Positions 61,458-64,000 of a DNA stretch of 64,000 nucleotides are shown here, in pieces (the stretch's first letter is position 1; every line of letters starts with the position of its first letter). This stretch comes from a bacterium (lineage in GTDB: Bacteria; Electryoneota; JAOADG01), in contig JAOADG010000008.1 in NCBI GenBank assembly GCA_026417415.1, positions 579,612 through 643,611 of the forward strand, in the 5' to 3' direction. The notes under the pieces were generated by a model. It had not been told where the DNA came from, ran no database searches, and worked only from the letters and a program-made list of their open reading frames with translations. The position numbers were made by a program, and so were the translations under genes.

Positions 61458-64000
61458 ATGAAAAAAGCAAACATCTTTTTGTATTTCCTATGTCTTTTAT
61501 TGATTTATACACCATCGTTTGCTATCTATGGTATCAGTGAACGATTGCAAAAAGAACTAAACACTAAGCCAGATACTTCATTTTTACGTGTCAATGCTGT
61601 TTTCAAAGACCAATTAAAACTTTCTCAGTTATTGATTAATGTGCAAGGAAAACCACGAAGAGAGTGGCGTAAAATCAATCTACCAATCCTTAAAATGCAT
61701 TCAGAAAAAGTTCAATCCAATGTTTTACACGAATTACGATGGTTAGAAGCAAATGGAGAAGTGCGAAACATTCGAGTGAATTGGATGGGTAATGAAATCA
61801 ATTTTGAAGCGACGGTTCGTGAGTTAAAAACGTTTTTTTATCGATTTCCAGAATTAAAAAGTTTGGACTTAGATCCTGATTATTCCTATGAAGAAATCTT
61901 AGATGCTCTTCCATCGCTAATCTATGAACCCCCACAAATAAATACTGTATCTTGGGGTGTAATGGATATCCAAGCACCACAATTGTGGGCACAAGGTTAT
62001 ACAGGTCAAGGGATACTTATTGCTACGATTGATACTGGAGTAGAAAGAACCCATCCTGCTTTAGCTTCAAGGATTTGGAATAATATAGACGAGATACCTA
62101 ATAATAATTTAGATGATGATCAAAACGGGTACATTGATGATACTTGGGGTTGGAATTTTGAACTTAACAACAATAATCCAATACCTGGTCAAGCGCATGG
62201 AACAAATACTGCAGGAATATTAGTAGGTGTCTCTTTGAGTGATACTACAGGTGTAGCAATTGGTGCAACTTTAATGGTCATTCGAGCGAATAGTGAAGGT
62301 AGTTATCGGTTGTCATTACAATATGCAGTAGCGAATGGTGCAGATGTCATTAGTTCTTCAATGTCTTACAAATATCCTAATGCACCTGATTATGAACAGA
62401 TGCGTGTGATGACAGATATGGAGCTAGCCAATGGTGTCATTCATGCGAACTCAATTGGAAATCAAGGAAATTCATTGAGTACTTACCCTATTCCATTTAA
62501 TATTGCAACGCCTGGTAACTGTCCTGCACCTTGGTTACATCCAACTCAAACGCTGCGTGGTGGGATTAGTGCTGTAATGGGATGTGGGGCTTATCAACAG
62601 AACTTAGTAATAGCGAATTATTCTGGTCGTGGTCCAGCTGCATGGGATTCTATCATGAGTCCTTCACGTCCACCTTTACGAATTGAGTATCGTGATTATC
62701 CATATAGAAATGGTTTATTTCAAGGATTGCTAAAGCCCGATGTTTCTATGCCTACCGACGTTCGAACTACTACTGTAAATGGTGGTTACATCAACACTTT
62801 TAATGGGACGTCCGCTTCTACACCACATTTGGGTGGAGCAATGGCACTATTGTTATCTGCGGTACCGGATGCTACGCCTATGGATATTTGTGAAGCCATA
62901 AAAATGACTACAGACACTACCAACATTGGGCTACAACCCAATTTATATGGTACTGGAAGGGTACGCCTTGTTCCTGCTTTAAATTATTTATTCTCAATAG
63001 TAGATGGCGGAGTAATTCGTGGTTACGTAAGAGATTCGATTACCAATCAAGGCATTCCAAATGCTACTCTTTTTATTCCCAATTCTGTCTATTCTACTAC
63101 AACGGATTCAATAGGTACTTTTATTTTTTCAAATGTTCGTGAAGGAATTTGGAATTTACAGGTTTCAGCATCACGCTACATCACAAGAACTTTAACGAAC
63201 ATAGCAGTTGATTCTGCCGATACAATTACGCTCAATATTTCACTGATTAGTCCTAGAGTGAATTTTATTCACGGTGATCTCGTTTTTCATTCCAATCAAG
63301 GTGATTCAACTGCGTTTGATCTAATTGTTCAAAATAGTGGTTTTGATACACTTCGGTGGCAACTTTCGGTAGTAAGTTCAGATTCCAGCGATACATTAGA
63401 AAACAGATGGACTACGTTACAAAGGATACCTATTAGTGTAGTCACGAATGATAATAGAATTTATGGCGTGGAGTTTGCTTACGATCATTTATGGTTAGCT
63501 GGTGGCAATAACAATGCAGAACCGAACTATATCTACAAATTATCTAGAGATGGCCTACTGATCAATAGTTTTGTTCAACCAAGAAATACTTCTATTTATG
63601 GGATTCGTGATTTGACATTTGATGGAACTCATTTTTGGGGAACAGATAACAATATCATTTATCGTTTTGATACCACGGGTACTGTTGTTGATTCCCTTGT
63701 ATCCCAGATCAATCCTGTAAGAGCAATTGCATACGACGAAGAAAATCAGCATTTCTATTACTGTGATATTAGAACTCCGATTTTCGTTGTAAACCGTAAT
63801 GGACAACTTTTGCGGCAACTTCAACATCCATTATCGGTGTGGGGTTTAAGTTGGTATGCCAATGACCCAGATGGTATGCCTCTTTATATTTTTTCTCAAG
63901 ATAGTACTCCTTCTAGATTGATTTCAAAAATGAATCCGATGACAGGTCAATGGCGACCCTTATGGATTCCTCCATTAGGTACAAATCAAATTGCTGGTGG
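61458..64000 (+). CDS. Peptidase S8 (subtilisin family) secreted protease, 3'-truncated by the window edge
   Basis: A signal peptide and pro-region are followed by the Asp (ATIDTGV), His (HGTNTAG) and Ser (GTSASTPHLGG) catalytic blocks. A carboxypeptidase-regulatory-like beta-sandwich domain (GVIRGYVRD...) and a propeller-like region follow. The frame is open to nt 64000. Confidence 0.85.
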   Translation, partial: MKKANIFLYFLCLLLIYTPSFAIYGISERLQKELNTKPDTSFLRVNAVFKDQLKLSQLLINVQGKPRREWRKINLPILKMHSEKVQSNVLHELRWLEANGEVRNIRVNWMGNEINFEATVRELKTFFYRFPELKSLDLDPDYSYEEILDALPSLIYEPPQINTVSWGVMDIQAPQLWAQGYTGQGILIATIDTGVERTHPALASRIWNNIDEIPNNNLDDDQNGYIDDTWGWNFELNNNNPIPGQAHGTNTAGILVGVSLSDTTGVAIGATLMVIRANSEGSYRLSLQYAVANGADVISSSMSYKYPNAPDYEQMRVMTDMELANGVIHANSIGNQGNSLSTYPIPFNIATPGNCPAPWLHPTQTLRGGISAVMGCGAYQQNLVIANYSGRGPAAWDSIMSPSRPPLRIEYRDYPYRNGLFQGLLKPDVSMPTDVRTTTVNGGYINTFNGTSASTPHLGGAMALLLSAVPDATPMDICEAIKMTTDTTNIGLQPNLYGTGRVRLVPALNYLFSIVDGGVIRGYVRDSITNQGIPNATLFIPNSVYSTTTDSIGTFIFSNVREGIWNLQVSASRYITRTLTNIAVDSADTITLNISLISPRVNFIHGDLVFHSNQGDSTAFDLIVQNSGFDTLRWQLSVVSSDSSDTLENRWTTLQRIPISVVTNDNRIYGVEFAYDHLWLAGGNNNAEPNYIYKLSRDGLLINSFVQPRNTSIYGIRDLTFDGTHFWGTDNNIIYRFDTTGTVVDSLVSQINPVRAIAYDEENQHFYYCDIRTPIFVVNRNGQLLRQLQHPLSVWGLSWYANDPDGMPLYIFSQDSTPSRLISKMNPMTGQWRPLWIPPLGTNQIAG

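Overview
The window is a 64-kb, low-GC (mid-30s % by eye), fully co-directional housekeeping block: every credible gene is on the + strand. I see no integrase, transposase, phage, CRISPR, rRNA or tRNA genes. Gene order from 5' to 3' is: ileS (5'-truncated), a TraR/DksA zinc-finger protein, lspA, a TPM / nucleotidyltransferase / LemA trio, an MBL hydrolase, pgi, a CN-hydrolase, gdhA, pyrH, frr, a ferredoxin, mutS, an outer-membrane-like protein, yicC, gmk, rpoZ, coaBC, a family-4 UDG, dnaB, relA/spoT, ruvX, lnt, bamD, nadD, ligA, efp, accB, accC, gcvH, gcvPA, an SPFH protein, a PEGA protein, rluB, a DUF1858 protein, mltG, uvrD/pcrA, nadC, a GH57 branching enzyme, trxA, an FMN riboswitch driving ribD-ribE-ribBA-ribH, a T9SS-tailed beta-propeller protein, recN, murA, a small membrane ORF, dnaE, dtd, a BFN nuclease, a DUF1844 protein, a UbiA-family prenyltransferase, maf, a RodZ-like HTH protein, ispG, and then two tandem T9SS-type secreted peptidases (C25 gingipain-like, and S8 subtilisin, 3'-truncated). 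Shine-Dalgarno motifs (GGAGG) are frequent and many genes overlap by 1-20 nt, which points to long polycistronic units. The T9SS C-terminal sorting domains, BamD and the ileS-traR-lspA arrangement suggest an FCB-group-like lineage, but I cannot fix the phylum from sequence alone. I do not see a compact, obviously novel defence or mobile system. The most non-routine items are: (1) a strong intrinsic terminator and a second hairpin lying inside the 5' end of the UbiA prenyltransferase ORF, whose N-terminus carries an archaeal DGGGP-synthase-like R-x-x-N-C motif; (2) a nucleotidyltransferase (MNT / KNTase-like) inserted between a TPM and a LemA gene; (3) an FMN riboswitch with a terminator platform upstream of the rib operon; (4) a GC-rich hairpin without a U-tract between gdh and pyrH; (5) the T9SS cargo cluster.
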